DNA from: Octopus bimaculoides
Lineage: Eukaryota
NCBI RefSeq assembly: GCF_001194135.2
Contig: NC_068999.1
Coordinates: 28,104,423 to 28,136,761, forward strand
Length of the DNA: 32,339 nucleotides
Direction: 5' to 3'
The notes beneath the pieces were generated by a model that saw only the letters and a list, made by a program, of their open reading frames with translations, was not told the origin of the DNA and did no database searches. Both the position numbers and the translations under genes were made by a program. Shown here piece after piece: positions 11,065-22,400 of this stretch (positions are counted from its first letter, which is position 1; each line of letters begins with the position of its first letter).

Positions 11065-11154
11065 TTACAATAGAGTACACTCCACTGAAGGCATCCAAGT
11101 GACAGGTAATGTTAAACAAGGCAACAGATGAACTCCACCTAATGAGCTCCGATT
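11065..11154 (-). CDS. Gene C terminal coding exon: NRSSLGGVHLLPCLTLPVTWMPSVECTLL*
   Basis: Acceptor aatttacatag|; phase 0 matches exon 11503-11624; TAA at 11065-11067; C-terminal CaaX. Confidence 0.7.
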   Translation of the reverse strand, partial: NRSSLGGVHLLPCLTLPVTWMPSVECTLL

Positions 11155-11502
11155 CTATGTAAATTAACTATTAACTACCATGAAAAATATGTAAGTTAAC
11201 GGAAAAACAACTTCAGCTAACTGTTTTTCTCAAGTTTTGAGTCCAATATAATAATCCATAACCACTAACTTATACAGGAGTTTACCCTTTCCAGATAATA
11301 AAACTATTATTTATTAGTAATATAATTCAACCAAAATCATGGTAACATCAATTAGTTAATAAACTGAATACACGTTAGACCAAATTAAAAAATTAATTGT
11401 TTAAAAAGATTTATTATGTCTGAAGAAATTTTCTTAAATAGAAAAGCAACTATCAGAAAACAGATAAAGAAGAAAAATTGCAAAAGAAATTGAGATGATT
11501 AC

Positions 11503-11624
11503 CTGAATAGCTGCCTGTGTTTTAAATAGATTCTGAGAGTTAGTGATAAGATTTTTAGTTGATGATACATAAATATGCTTCAGTGCTTCTCTTAAATGAC
11601 GACTAAAAGCAATATTTCGATCCC
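11503..11624 (-). CDS. Gene C internal exon (122 nt): (R)DRNIAFSRHLREALKHIYVSSTKNLITNSQNLFKTQAAIQ
   Basis: Acceptor ttaatgtttcag|, donor CAG|gtaatc; open frame across the exon, phase 1 to phase 0. Confidence 0.8.
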
Positions 11625-11865
11625 CTGAAACATTAACCTTTCAATGTTACAGCTGATTTAGACATTTTAAATTTCATACATTTAAGCAACAAAAAGGAAA
11701 TAGAAAAAAACATTTATTTTCATATATTAACATTAATCTAATAAATTATGAAATATTAAATATAAAATATGCTAATAGCACTTTATGAGAAAAAAACTTA
11801 TAATCTCAAGTTAACTCTAGAATGTATAATGTTAATTGTTAGGAATAAATTAAGATACTACTCAC

Positions 11866-11885
11866 TCAATTTGGTATGTAATAAG
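11866..11885 (-). CDS. Gene C 20-nt microexon: LLHTKL
   Basis: cttctattttcag| ... |gtgagt; phase 2 to phase 1, matches both neighbours. Confidence 0.7.
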
Positions 11886-12106
11886 CTGAAAATAGAAGAA
11901 AAACAATTTTACAGAAATAAATTATAACTTCTACCATTTTAACTTTTGTGCTACTATGGTAGAACTTTGCATTCATAATCCAAGGCATAAAAATTTAAAA
12001 GGAATCGTACATTTCCATTTCTTAATTATTGATAAAATTTGTACCCATATGGTTATACATTTTAAAATACATCTTGAGATAGGAAATAAATTCTAGAAAA
12101 AAAAAG

Positions 12107-12665
12107 GGATCTTTTTTAAAACAGGGGCCACATTTTTCATTAACGAAACACTTTGAAACTTGGAACACTGGTACAATGTGTCATATAAAACATCTTTTTC
12201 TCTTAGTCTTCTTAAAAAAAAAAGAAATCCAGAAGTTATTCCATGTTAAAGTTGTCGTATTTCTGTAATTTCAACCAATCACTGACGTCCATTCAGCCGA
12301 TATACATTAAGTGCCGACTACATAAACAAACGATTCTGAAACAATTAACCCTAACCCTAACCCTAGGGTTAGGGTTAGGGTTAAAGCAAATTTAAAATGA
12401 AAAAAGCAAATAAAACGAAGGAAGGTATGGAGATTAAATACGCTTTACACCAAAGGAGTAAATGTAAACAACTGAATACTTGTCAGTGATTGGTTGAAAT
12501 TATCGAAATAAGACAATTTTTTACATGAAATAAATTCGAATACAAAAATATTTTTCTGTTCTATAACACAAAATAGATAAGTATACGAAGTTTGAAAGTC
12601 TTTCCGTACCAAAAACACTACGAAAAACATTAATGAAAAATGTGGCCCCGTTTTAAAATAGATCC
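12107..12665. mobile_element. Foldback/MITE-like element with a central telomeric-repeat palindrome
   Basis: Termini GGATCTTTTTTAAAACAGGGGCCACATTTTTCATTAA and TTAATGAAAAATGTGGCCCCGTTTTAAAATAGATCC; internal inverted block TAATTTCAACCAATCACTGAC; centre 12345-12384. Confidence 0.75.
12345..12384. repeat. Perfect 40-bp palindrome TTAA(CCCTAA)2CCCT|AGGG(TTAGGG)2TTAA
   Basis: Read directly from the sequence. Confidence 0.97.
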
Positions 12666-14331
12666 AAAAAAAGTTTCTATTAATTTTATAGTTACTGATA
12701 TCATATCGAACATATTCTATATATTTGATAGATAAACGACTTACAAAAGTATTTTATGTTTATGATAAATAAATTAATATAAAATGTTAAAAAAATATAT
12801 CAGGACAAATGTACAAATTGTGCCAAAAGTAAAACTTAGAACAGTTATATTTTTTAACTAAAGTTATCTCAGTTCATTTGCAAGACTTATATTTAAAAAA
12901 TTAGCAACCACTAGATCATCTGCTACTGAAGTGAACATGCAAACCTGATAAAATTCCTGTTCACAAGGTAACAGAATAGGCAGCTGTAAATACTAAGTCT
13001 TTTCCTTGTAAAAAAAATCTACTGTTCAACATAGACAAGTGATTAGTGACATTATGATAAGAGACAAACAGATCTAAAAACAAGACTTTCTGAGGAAGGT
13101 GGTTATGGAAGTTGAAAAAGCTCTCAGCCATACAGAAGTCCAAAGAAATACTAGGCAATACCTACAATGATAATGATGATGACGACGATGATGAAATAGA
13201 AAATACAGAAGACAACTACAAGTTTCTACAAGACAATCTGTGAGTCACAGACAAAATCTGTGGATGAAACAGGATTCCAGCACTAAATGATGGTAAAATA
13301 GTACAATAGATAGAGGCATAAAAGCACAGACCTGGAAAGGATCGATGAAAGTAACACTACAGGTAGCTAGATAATAAGCAGGATGTCAAGTATGCTTAGC
13401 ATGAAGAGAATGTCAATGTTACTTGCCTAATCAATCAAATGCATTCTAGCCATGACCATCCCACCATTTTTAGAATTATTTAGGATCACATTATCTTATG
13501 TGTTCATTTCTTTTCTAAGATAGTAAGGTGTGATTTGAGGGAGATTTGCTTGCTATTTCTAGCAGGTCAAGCAACTTCATAGAAGCTTTCTCACTGGTTT
13601 GTTGTCAGTCATGTTTAAGCTCCATGTCAGTCTTGATAAAGCAGACCTTATGACCAGAGGCATTTCAGCCTTGATCCTTTCATCTTTTATATTTAGAATT
13701 ATGTTACGTGTTCTTCCTTTTTTAAAGATGATAAAGTTTGATGGGAGGGTGATTTGGCTGCTATTTCTAACAAGTCAAATGACAATGTAGAATCCCTGTT
13801 ACAGGCTTGTTGGTCATGGAGTGGATATCATTCCCAATTACTAATATAACAGTATCATCATCAATTACTAAAAGAACAAAAGAGATAGATGCTTTAGAAA
13901 GAAGCAGGTATAAAGGCACTATCTGATAGTGATAGAAAGAATAGTGAGCATAGCGAATTAGGAAGAGAATTATCTATATATATAAAAGAGAGTTTGTGTG
14001 TGTGCGCGCGATGCATTTGTAAACTGAGTTGCCGATTTTGACGTATGGGGTATCAAAAGATTCAGTAATCTTTTGGCTACCGAATAAACTTTATTTTCAT
14101 TTACATATTTTGTACGTTATCTCAACAACAAGTTTTAGTTATTTGAAAGACACTGCTTTACAACAACCAGGTTTCATTAGAAAGTGAAAATAGTTTCATA
14201 CTTTCAATTTGAACCAAAATTACAAAGTGTTGCATTATGAGAGTGACGATGTGTGAATAATGAAAGTAATGTTTCTCCGAATTAGTCACATCTGTACTAT
14301 AATAAAGCTGCTTATCATCTATCTGTATATA

Positions 14332-14846
14332 TTGGGTCATCCCATAAATAATGTGGGTTTTTTTCAATTGGATGAACTAAAAGTCAGAAGGGGACGGGAT
14401 AAACTACCTGCATCAACTTGCTATAAAAGCAGGTAGTAATTTTATCTTGCCCTTATTCTTAGTGCAAGTTTTGAAGAGTGCAGTTCGATTTTAGCCGTTA
14501 TTTTTCAAAGTTATAATGGAAGTGACAAAGGAGCATATTCAGTATATTTTGCTTTATGAGTTCAATAAAGGAAACAATGCAATGGAAAGTGCGAAGAATA
14601 TTAATGCAGCATATGGGAGTCGGACAATAAATGTAAGCCAGTCTCAACTGTGCTTCCAGAAATTCCAAGCTGGAAATTACAGCCTAGAAGACAAGTGAAT
14701 TTTGGAAGAGGGGCCTTGCAAGTCTACCAGATAGATGGAAGAGCATTGCAGAAAATGAAGGAGAGTATATTTTAAATTAAAAAAGAACTTAGTTTATCTT
14801 AATTTTGAAAAATAAAAAAAACCACATTATTTATGGGATGACCCAA
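14332..14846 (+). mobile_element. Internally deleted mariner element (non-autonomous)
   Basis: TIRs TTGGGTCATCCCATAAATAATGTGG at both ends with TA flanks; ORF 14516-14698 MEVTKEHIQYILLYEFNKGNNAMESAKNINAAYG is a mariner N-terminus. Confidence 0.9.
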
Positions 14847-15169
14847 TATAAAGGCCACCAATAACCTTGGAAACGAGGTTGGGTCACACAATTTTGAGGT
14901 CATTTTCTACCTGGACAAACATTTATGAAGATGTACACATAAATATTGTATTTTAATAAGCCACAACCCCAAAAAATATCATTAAAAGACATCCATTTCT
15001 CTATATGCTATGAGGAAATACAGTCACTCACTCTCTCCCACATGCACACATACATACAAAAAAGATGTATGCATATGTATTTATGTATGTGTATTTGAAA
15101 AATAATGTGTATGTGTGAGAGAGATACAGAGAGAGCAAGTGAGTGCTACTTACACATACATGCAAAAAA

Positions 15170-15250
15170 TTACATACATGACAACACACACCTTCACTCA
15201 CTCACTCTCTCTCTCTCTCTCTCTCTTTCTCATGCACACACACACACATC
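15170..15250. repeat. (CA)n/(CT)n low-complexity tract
   Basis: Read directly from the sequence. Confidence 0.8.
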
Positions 15251-15829
15251 TATACATCTTTCACTTTCTCATCTCTTTCTGCTCTCACTTCAAAGCAAAT
15301 GTTGCTTTTCACTTCCTCCTCTCTTTCAATTTCTGCTCTCTTCAAAGCATAAAGAAATAAAAAGATTTTATGGAAATTAACGAACAATCTATGAAACAAT
15401 CAGATGAAAGAAAAACATTGGGACGTTTTAGCTTTTTGAAAGTAGGTAGGTGATGGGTAAGTAAAGTGGGGGAAGGGGCACTGAGTGTTTCTTTAAGAAA
15501 ATTTACTTTTTTTCTATGTGGAGAAAAAAAAATTTGAAAAATGTTACAAATAAATTGCGGTGGGGATGGGGGGAAATAAAAATTTTGAAAATGTGATTTC
15601 TGGGCAAAATCATATTAAGCCCTTTTCATATGATGAAACAATACATAATTTGTGATCTTCTTAAGAATAGAAAGCACTTTCATGCAAACCCATGCAAATC
15701 GTACCCTCCTCCCTTCACTTTTAAACAAACAACAACTTCCATTACACCAGTAATCCAATTCACTATATATCAGCTGTGCCAATTCTGCTCATAAGGAACA
15801 AATAATACAATGTGGCTGTAAGGTCATAA

Positions 15830-16200
15830 CACCTGGGCAATGCCAGGATACACTGCTAGTCATAAATAAGATGCAGTTTGGGTTTATGCCAAGATGGAAT
15901 TTCACTGATGACCGCTTCTTAATAGGACTAGTTGTAGATGAATAGTCTGTGAGAGTAGTGAAAAAACATGTATGAGAATGCTGCTATCAACACAGTGGGA
16001 CTTGGCAACAAGTTCAGTAAAGGATTAGTATGCACATAGATGTCCACCAGGGCTTGCTTCTCAAACCTCTCTTGCATATTATAGTTCTCCAAATCAAAGC
16101 AGAAAAGTTCAAGACCAGCTGTTTGTGGGAACTACTGTTGCCAATGACCTGATTCTTATAATTGAATCAATCCAAGCATGGAAGCAGAATCAAGAGATTT
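15830..16200 (+). pseudogene. Degraded RTE RT fragment
   Basis: Remnants of QFGFMP...TDA.FL, VHQG..L.PLL.IIVL and WELL.ANDL.LI.ES; same family as 1-1510. Confidence 0.65.
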
Positions 16201-16517
16201 GCAGCACAAAATCTGATTTTGTTTATTTGTAATGTACCTAGGATCAAACTCTAGTCTGCAGTTTGGTAATAACAGTATGATTGACAAATACATCATACAT
16301 CTAAGAAAACAAACTAAGAAGCTGTTTTCGTTGGTAACATAACTTTTTATTCAATTACACTTCACAGCTGATATCATAATTTCTGTTTCTAGTGAGAACA
16401 AGTTAAATAAAACTTCAACTTATAAGTTGCAATAGTTTATGAAACTGAGTTTATAAGCTTTATAAACTGATACCAATAATCAGTCATAGGATACAACTTT
16501 TAGAAGGTTAGTCATAC

Positions 16518-16547
16518 TTTGGTTCAGATCTATGGAACACATCAAAA
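16518..16547 (-). CDS. Gene C 30-nt symmetric microexon: FDVFHRSEP(N)
   Basis: cattgctttcag| ... |gtatga; phase 2 to phase 2, open in the frame linking 19668-19764 to 11866-11885. Confidence 0.6.
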
Positions 16548-16789
16548 CTGAAAGCAATGCCAGAAACACGATATACCAGTTCAGAGATTATAAACAGGAC
16601 CAAGTAAAAGAATGTGAAATTATTTCAGATAATAGTAAGCTGAATGTAGAGCCATACTATTAACATTCATCTTTCAAACTTTGTGCTCGCATAAACAATG
16701 GAAGTTCTTTCAGATGAATAAGGTCTTTTATTCCCCTGATATTGTCTGCTCAAGAGATGCCAAAAACAATAATCAGGTGATTTAAACTT

Positions 16790-16863
16790 TGAAGTTATCT
16801 CTTTTGCCAAACAGCTAAGTTACAGGGATATAAGCACACCAAGTTATCAAGACATATACATAT

Positions 16864-16925
<62 letters not shown>

Positions 16926-17105
16926 CACAGAGATATATATGACAGGCTTCTTTCAGTTTCCATCTACCAAATCCACTCACAAGGCATTGGGTGGCCTGAG
17001 GCTATAGAAGAAGACACTTGCCCAAGGTACCACACAGTGGGACTGAACTTGGAACCATGCAGTTGGGAAGTAAACTTCTTACCACATACAGTCACACCAG
17101 CACTT
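16790..17105 (-). mobile_element. SINE with internal (TA)n expansion
   Basis: Same family as 6710-7075; (TA)n at about 16865-16923. Confidence 0.85.
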
Positions 17106-18119
17106 ATGAATACATTCTGAAAACATAATACATAAAAAAAAGAAATATCGTCTGGAATACATTTCCCACATACTTCTCCCACTGACCAGCAGATTCATAA
17201 AACCTAATCAAATTTGATGATTCCCAAGACATTCCCAATGAAGTTCCTTTTGTATTGCTAGTGATTGTTTAAATACTTACATGTGTTTGATCACGAACTA
17301 AACCTGTATATCATTTCAGTTTATGATCTTAGACAATACACCAATTTGAGACTGAAAAGAGATACTCTCTCATTGATGGAATGTGAACCATGAATGTGTC
17401 ACTACTTGCCAGGTAAATATATTACCAATTACACTACAAAATATTTGCCATTTCATTTTCTTTAATTTGCTTTTGTTATTCCAGTTGTATAATGTTATCT
17501 TCACAAGATCATTTGTTTGTTACTTAGTGCTATCAGGAAGCTATTCTACTTATATCCAACACAGTAAGATGCCCTGTTTCTATTCACTGTTTGTGGTGAG
17601 AAAGAGGCCCATGAATCAAATTATAAATTAACTGTGATTTTAATGTAAATGATTTTTGTAAGTACCAACAAAAACAAAAAAAAGAAACAGGCCTACTGAA
17701 GAGATTGAAAAAAAAGTTTGGTAAATATACATGTCATGGCAAACAACTCTCAATTTTCTTCTTAAAGATAATGTATGCATACATCCTGAACATCACATGC
17801 CTAATCTACAAATTAGTTTGCTATTACTTTTGCTGTGTTGATACATACTTTACTCTAAGTTTTTTACTTATTCAATGAGCATTGTGATATAGTATAGATC
17901 AGTTTGATTTATTGCATATATAATGATTCACTGTAAGTCAACTAGCTAGATCATTTGAACTGAAATGGGCTAAATTAGCTAAATGTCAGTGATAACATGC
18001 AATGTCGGATGAAGAAACAAACACACAAAGAGTATCTAGTTACAATGAGAATATGAATTACAAAAAGAAATATATAACAGAAAGAAACAAAATAGAGGAT
18101 TTCTGAAATTCGAGGGGAC

Positions 18120-18680
18120 AAAGTGATGAAGCATGATTTCCAAATGTTGGGCCTCACGGAGGCAATGACAAGTGACTGAGACTTTGGTGATATGCTGTGC
18201 TTGAGAAGACCTGTCAAGCCAAGTGAGATCATAGTCATGACTGATGCCAGTGTTGCTTAACTGGTGCATAAAAACAAAACACCCTTCGAACGTTGGGTGA
18301 TATGTTGTGCTCGAGATGACCTGTCAAGCCAAGTGAAATCATAGTCATGGCTGATGTTGGTGGCATATATAAAACACCCTTTAAACGTTTAGCCTCACGG
18401 AGGCAGTGACAGGTGACCGAAACCTTTAGCGATATACCATGCTTGAGAAGACCTGTCAAGTGAGGTTGTAGCCGATGCCAGTGTCACTTAACTGGCACCC
18501 ATGCTGGTGGCATGTAAAAAGCACCCACTACACTCTTGGAGTGGTTGATGTTAGGAAGGGCATCCAGCTGTAGAAACCATGCCAAATCAGATTGGAACCT
18601 TGCACATCTCCCTGGCTTACCAGTTCTATCCAACTCATACCAGCATGGAAAATGGATGTTAAATGATGATGATGATGATG
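18120..18680 (+). mobile_element. RTE-type 3' tail with internally repeated modules and (GAT)n end
   Basis: Three copies of gcttgagaagacctgtcaag-like sequence; ttaggaagggcatccagctgtagaaac; ccagcatggaaa...gatgatgatg. Similar to 23100-23680. Confidence 0.75.
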
Positions 18681-19069
18681 AACTGAGATTGCCTTAAAAG
18701 GACAAATACTGTAAATAGTAATTATTGGACAACTGTTCAAAGTTGACAGTTTATAATTTGTCACTTGTATTATACTGATTTTATAACCAAGATAATGGTT
18801 CATACCACCTAACTGTAATCAGGTACATTAAAGTAGATTAGCTCACTGTAAAAAGCTGTGGCAGCAATGTAAATTTGTGATACTATGCTCATGGAATTGT
18901 TAACAATATACCTATATTTTGCTTTTATTGCAAATCCAGAGTGAATTTATAAATAAATAACTTAGAATAGTTTGAGTTAAAATAGAAACTTTTGAAGGAT
19001 TTGGATAGTAAAAAGAAGTTTCACTGAAAAATTAATTGTTTAATGCCTGCTTTCCATGCTGGCATTAAA

Positions 19070-19282
19070 CGACGATCACTAATATTGGTTTCAAATTTTG
19101 GCACAAGGCCAGAAATTTTGGGGGAAGAGGTATATCAATTACATCAACCTCAGTGTTCAACTGGTACTTATTTTATCGACCTTGAAAGGATGAAAGGCAA
19201 AGTTGACCTTGGTGGAATTTCAACTCAAAATGTAAAAACGGATGAAATGCTGCTAAACATTTTGTCTGCCAGCTTGCCACCT
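19070..19282 (+). mobile_element. SINE (second family)
   Basis: caactggtacttattttatcgacc..gaaaggatgaaaggcaaagttgacc is shared with 31600-31805. Confidence 0.75.
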
Positions 19283-19366
19283 TAATGATTACTTATAATG
19301 ATTACTTATAATGATTACTTATAATGATTACTTATAATGATTACTTATAATGATTACTTATAATGA
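19283..19366. repeat. Perfect 13-bp minisatellite (TAATGATTACTTA) x6.5
   Basis: Read directly; abuts the SINE 3' end. Confidence 0.97.
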
Positions 19367-19667
19367 AATGAATTCAAGTTTAATATATAACATTTTTTTT
19401 TTGTTGTTACAAGGCTAACAAATCTAAATAGCTTCAGAAAATTGCTCTTAAAATTGCAGTATTAATATAGTCTAAACAAAATCACTTTCTAATATGCAAT
19501 GCACATTAAAAAAATAAAAACCAACAAATCTAGTTCATAATAAATAATAAGTCAATGAAAGGTTAGAAAAATAATTCACATAGCCAATTTTCAAGATTAT
19601 ACATGCGAAACCTCTTGATACTTTTTTCATTAATATGATGTAGCAATAATAAAAGAAATTTACTCAC

Positions 19668-19764
19668 GAGTTATATTTTGGTTGGAGAATTTGACCTTGT
19701 TGATGGAAAGCAGAAAAAGTATTGCCTGAACTTGCATTATCACTGCTGGGAATGGCTTTGTCTA
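19668..19764 (-). CDS. Gene C internal exon (97 nt): (I)DKAIPSSDNASSGNTFSAFHQQGQILQPKYN(S)
   Basis: aattgtttacag| ... |gtgagt; only one frame is open, phase 1 to phase 2. Confidence 0.75.
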
Positions 19765-19961
19765 CTGTAAACAATTAAGTTGAATATAGGAAAGGTTAGA
19801 TGCTATCACAATTAACAAAAAAGTTATTTTAAATATTTGAAAATTATTGACAATGATACTACTTTTGAAAGCTATATTATGATATTTAATGATTTCTAAA
19901 TTAGTATGGCACAGGATTTATCTTACTTAAATTTTTACAATATGTAGCAAGTTATCATGTA

Positions 19962-20530
19962 TTGAGTTGGAACAAAAGTTCATACGGTTTTTCAACTAGT
20001 GATATTTAAACATGTGATTTAATTTCTCCTGTGCCAGAATAATATGACATATTTTCTGAAAGGTGACATTTCAACACATCTTTCTGTATGATTACTGTGT
20101 GGTTAGTTTATTTCTACTGCTTTTACATTTAAAAAATGTAAATGGAGGAAAATGAAATACATTTTCATCATTTGATGCTCTTTTGTTTCCAGAAAGAAAA
20201 AAAAAGTTGTATAAATAGTAAAAGAGAGGGTGTCACAGCTGAGAGTACTATTTGTAAGTGGTTTGCTAGGTATAGGAGTGAAAATTGTGATCTGGAGAAC
20301 TGTGAACATTCTGGCAGGATTACAGTTGTTGATAAAGACCTAACTGAAACACTAATCAAAAATAATCCAAGTTATATGACATAAAACACCACAAGATATT
20401 CCACGTATCTAATATGAACATTATAAGACATTTAAAAAAAGTTGGACACATGAAACACTATGCTGTCTGAGTGTCTCATAATTGAATGGAAAAAAGTTTA
20501 ATGAACCACATTTCCATCCATGGCTCAAAT
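19962..20530 (+). mobile_element. Degraded mariner 5' fragment
   Basis: TIR-like TTGAGTTGGAACAAAAGTT after TA; ORF 20142-20384 MEENEIHFHHLMLF...ESTICKWFARYRS..DLE...HSGR is a mariner HTH region. Confidence 0.8.
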
Positions 20531-20553
20531 GCAACAAAAACAACCAGTTTTAA

Positions 20554-21433
20554 AGTATCATGTTTAGTGGAGTAATTTGAAGTACATAGTGTGAAGGCAG
20601 TTGTATCTATCCTGCTTTGTGAAATCTGTACATCCAACATATAGAAGGACACAATAGTGGTGACAAGGATATCCACTTATAAAAGTGGAATAAGTCTATC
20701 CACTTTATTCGAAGCTTAAGTTGGACATCAACATTTTCTTTTGATACAAAATAATAAAAAAATAGCTAACATGGAAGACTTATTAGCCTCTGTGGTGCAG
20801 TGCAACAGTAACATTAGAAAGAGTCAAACAACAGTAGCCAAGAGTCGAATAACAGTACTCAAAAGCTGAACAACAGTACCCAAGAGTCGAACAACAGCTA
20901 AAAACATTGAAACCAGCTAAAAAATAGATATATGGAAAAAAGAAAAAAGATACCCATAGAAGTGCTCTACAACACCTTTGATGTTCCAATGCCACAAGAA
21001 GTCGAACTTAGGCATAGCAGCACAAGAAAGAGGAAACAAACAGAATGGTTGGAAGTAGTGCCTAGACGGAAGAAATATTAGACTTCACTAGGAAGAAAAT
21101 TTTAAAAAGGGAGATATGGTGAAAGAAAATAATAATAATAATATTAACTTATAACAGAAGTCAATCTCAAAGGGGGGGGGGATGTTGTGGCGAGAGTCAT
21201 TGACATCCCTGTGAAATTGGAAGAATGGACTAGCTGAACTCTTATGAAAAGTAGCATGTTAGTTGAGATGAGAGAGAAATTGTAGGAGTTGTTGAGAGTT
21301 TGTGGAAGTTGTTGAGATTGTTAAGAGTTTGTATTTATTGGAGTATCATGTTTAGTGGAGTAAAGTGCATTGTGTGAACACAGTTATGTTTATCCCTGCT
21401 TTGTGAAATCTGTATATCCAACATATAGAAGGA
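20554..21433. repeat. Two ~92-bp degenerate direct repeats (20554-20649, 21342-21433) flanking a segment with a 21-bp tandem repeat (20827-20899)
   Basis: agtatcatgtttagtggagtaa...ctgctttgtgaaatctgta.atccaacatatagaagga occurs twice; aacaacagtacccaagagtcg x~3.5. Confidence 0.8.
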
Positions 21434-21452
21434 TATAGAAGGTAATTATTAA

Positions 21453-21672
21453 ACCTTTAGCATTCAGATTATTCTGTTAAATGTAATGCTTATTTATTCA
21501 CATTGTTTTGAATTACTCATGAATTATCTCATAACTTTGAGATATTGATGATGTGACTGTATATTATTAGACTGACACTGAAGGTTAGGCATGAGAGACT
21601 AGATCTAGCTGGTTTGAATATAAAACAGGTACAGTATTTTGGCTTGATATAGCTGGTTTAAATGCTAAAGGG
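21453..21672. mobile_element. piggyBac-type MITE
   Basis: TTAA flanks (21449-52, 21673-76) and TIR (A/C)CCTTTAGCATT; a related right end lies at about 6310-6368. Confidence 0.75.
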
Positions 21673-21868
21673 TTAATGACCTATCATTCATAGTAAGAAT
21701 GGCAGGTCGATTGTTGGTGGCATGAGAGGGATTTGTCTGCAGGATAACTGGAAATAGGTATTAGTTGCATAACATATCCTTAGTGCTTACTTGTTTGGAA
21801 AGGTAATCTTTCATATTATATGGGTAACACACAGAATATTAATTTGCATATAAAAAGCAATTAATTAC

Positions 21869-21977
21869 TTCTTAATGTTGGCATAGAATGGTTCAGTTCA
21901 CTGGTATTAATTTCTTCATCTGATTCTGAAGCCTCTCCAGCAACTACAATCCCTTGAAGGTTTGGTAACTTTGATCC
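21869..21977 (-). CDS. Gene C most 5' exon found (109 nt): GSKLPNLQGIVVAGEASESDEEINTSELNHSMPTLR
   Basis: ttatgttttttcattaag| ... GAA|gtaatt; phase 0 to phase 1, compatible with 19668-19764. Upstream exons not found. Confidence 0.6.
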
Positions 21978-22229
21978 CTTAATGAAAAAACATAAAATAT
22001 TGAAAAGGGTATTGTTAGAAGACATGAACTATTGACAAATATATATGAAAAGTGCAACAGTTTTTAAAATAGTAGAATTGACAAAATGGGAGGTGAGGAA
22101 GTGTTTAATGATAATACGTAAGTAGTCAGATATGAGTCATCTAAGTGACCACTTACACAGCTTCTGTAAAACCAAACTGGGGACATACTCTCCTATGAAA
22201 CTCACCAGTTGTCCTTTACACTTCAGAAA

Positions 22230-22400
22230 TTTGGTCAAAGCAATATCATTGCAGTTGACATCATCTAAGTCTTTGATTATGTCTCACACAAGGCTCTTCC
22301 AGCTCAGCTAGCTACTTAAAGTTTCATCCCTCTATTTTCTTGGATTTGAATCTTCCTGTCAGAATTTTACCATTACAGCTTGCACTATAGGTCCTGTTCC
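22230..22400 (+). pseudogene. Degraded CR1/Jockey-like RT fragment
   Basis: Remnants of ..D.SK.FD.VSH..L..L....WI.SFLS. Confidence 0.45.

Noticed and set aside
12345-12384. Ancestral telomere-telomere chromosome fusion site
   Set aside because: A fusion gives (TTAGGG)n then (CCCTAA)n; here the order is reversed, there are only three units per side, and it is the axis of a TIR-bounded element.
12945-13160. Additional gene C exon(s) overlapping ORF 12961-13158
   Set aside because: The acceptor at 13160 has no phase-compatible donor before a stop, and the exon chain is complete without it.
17320-17412. Plus-strand exon with an in-frame TGA read as selenocysteine
   Set aside because: No selenoprotein motif or SECIS-like structure seen; it is antisense to gene C.
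19283-19366. CRISPR-like array
   Set aside because: Contiguous tandem units with no spacers, in eukaryotic DNA.
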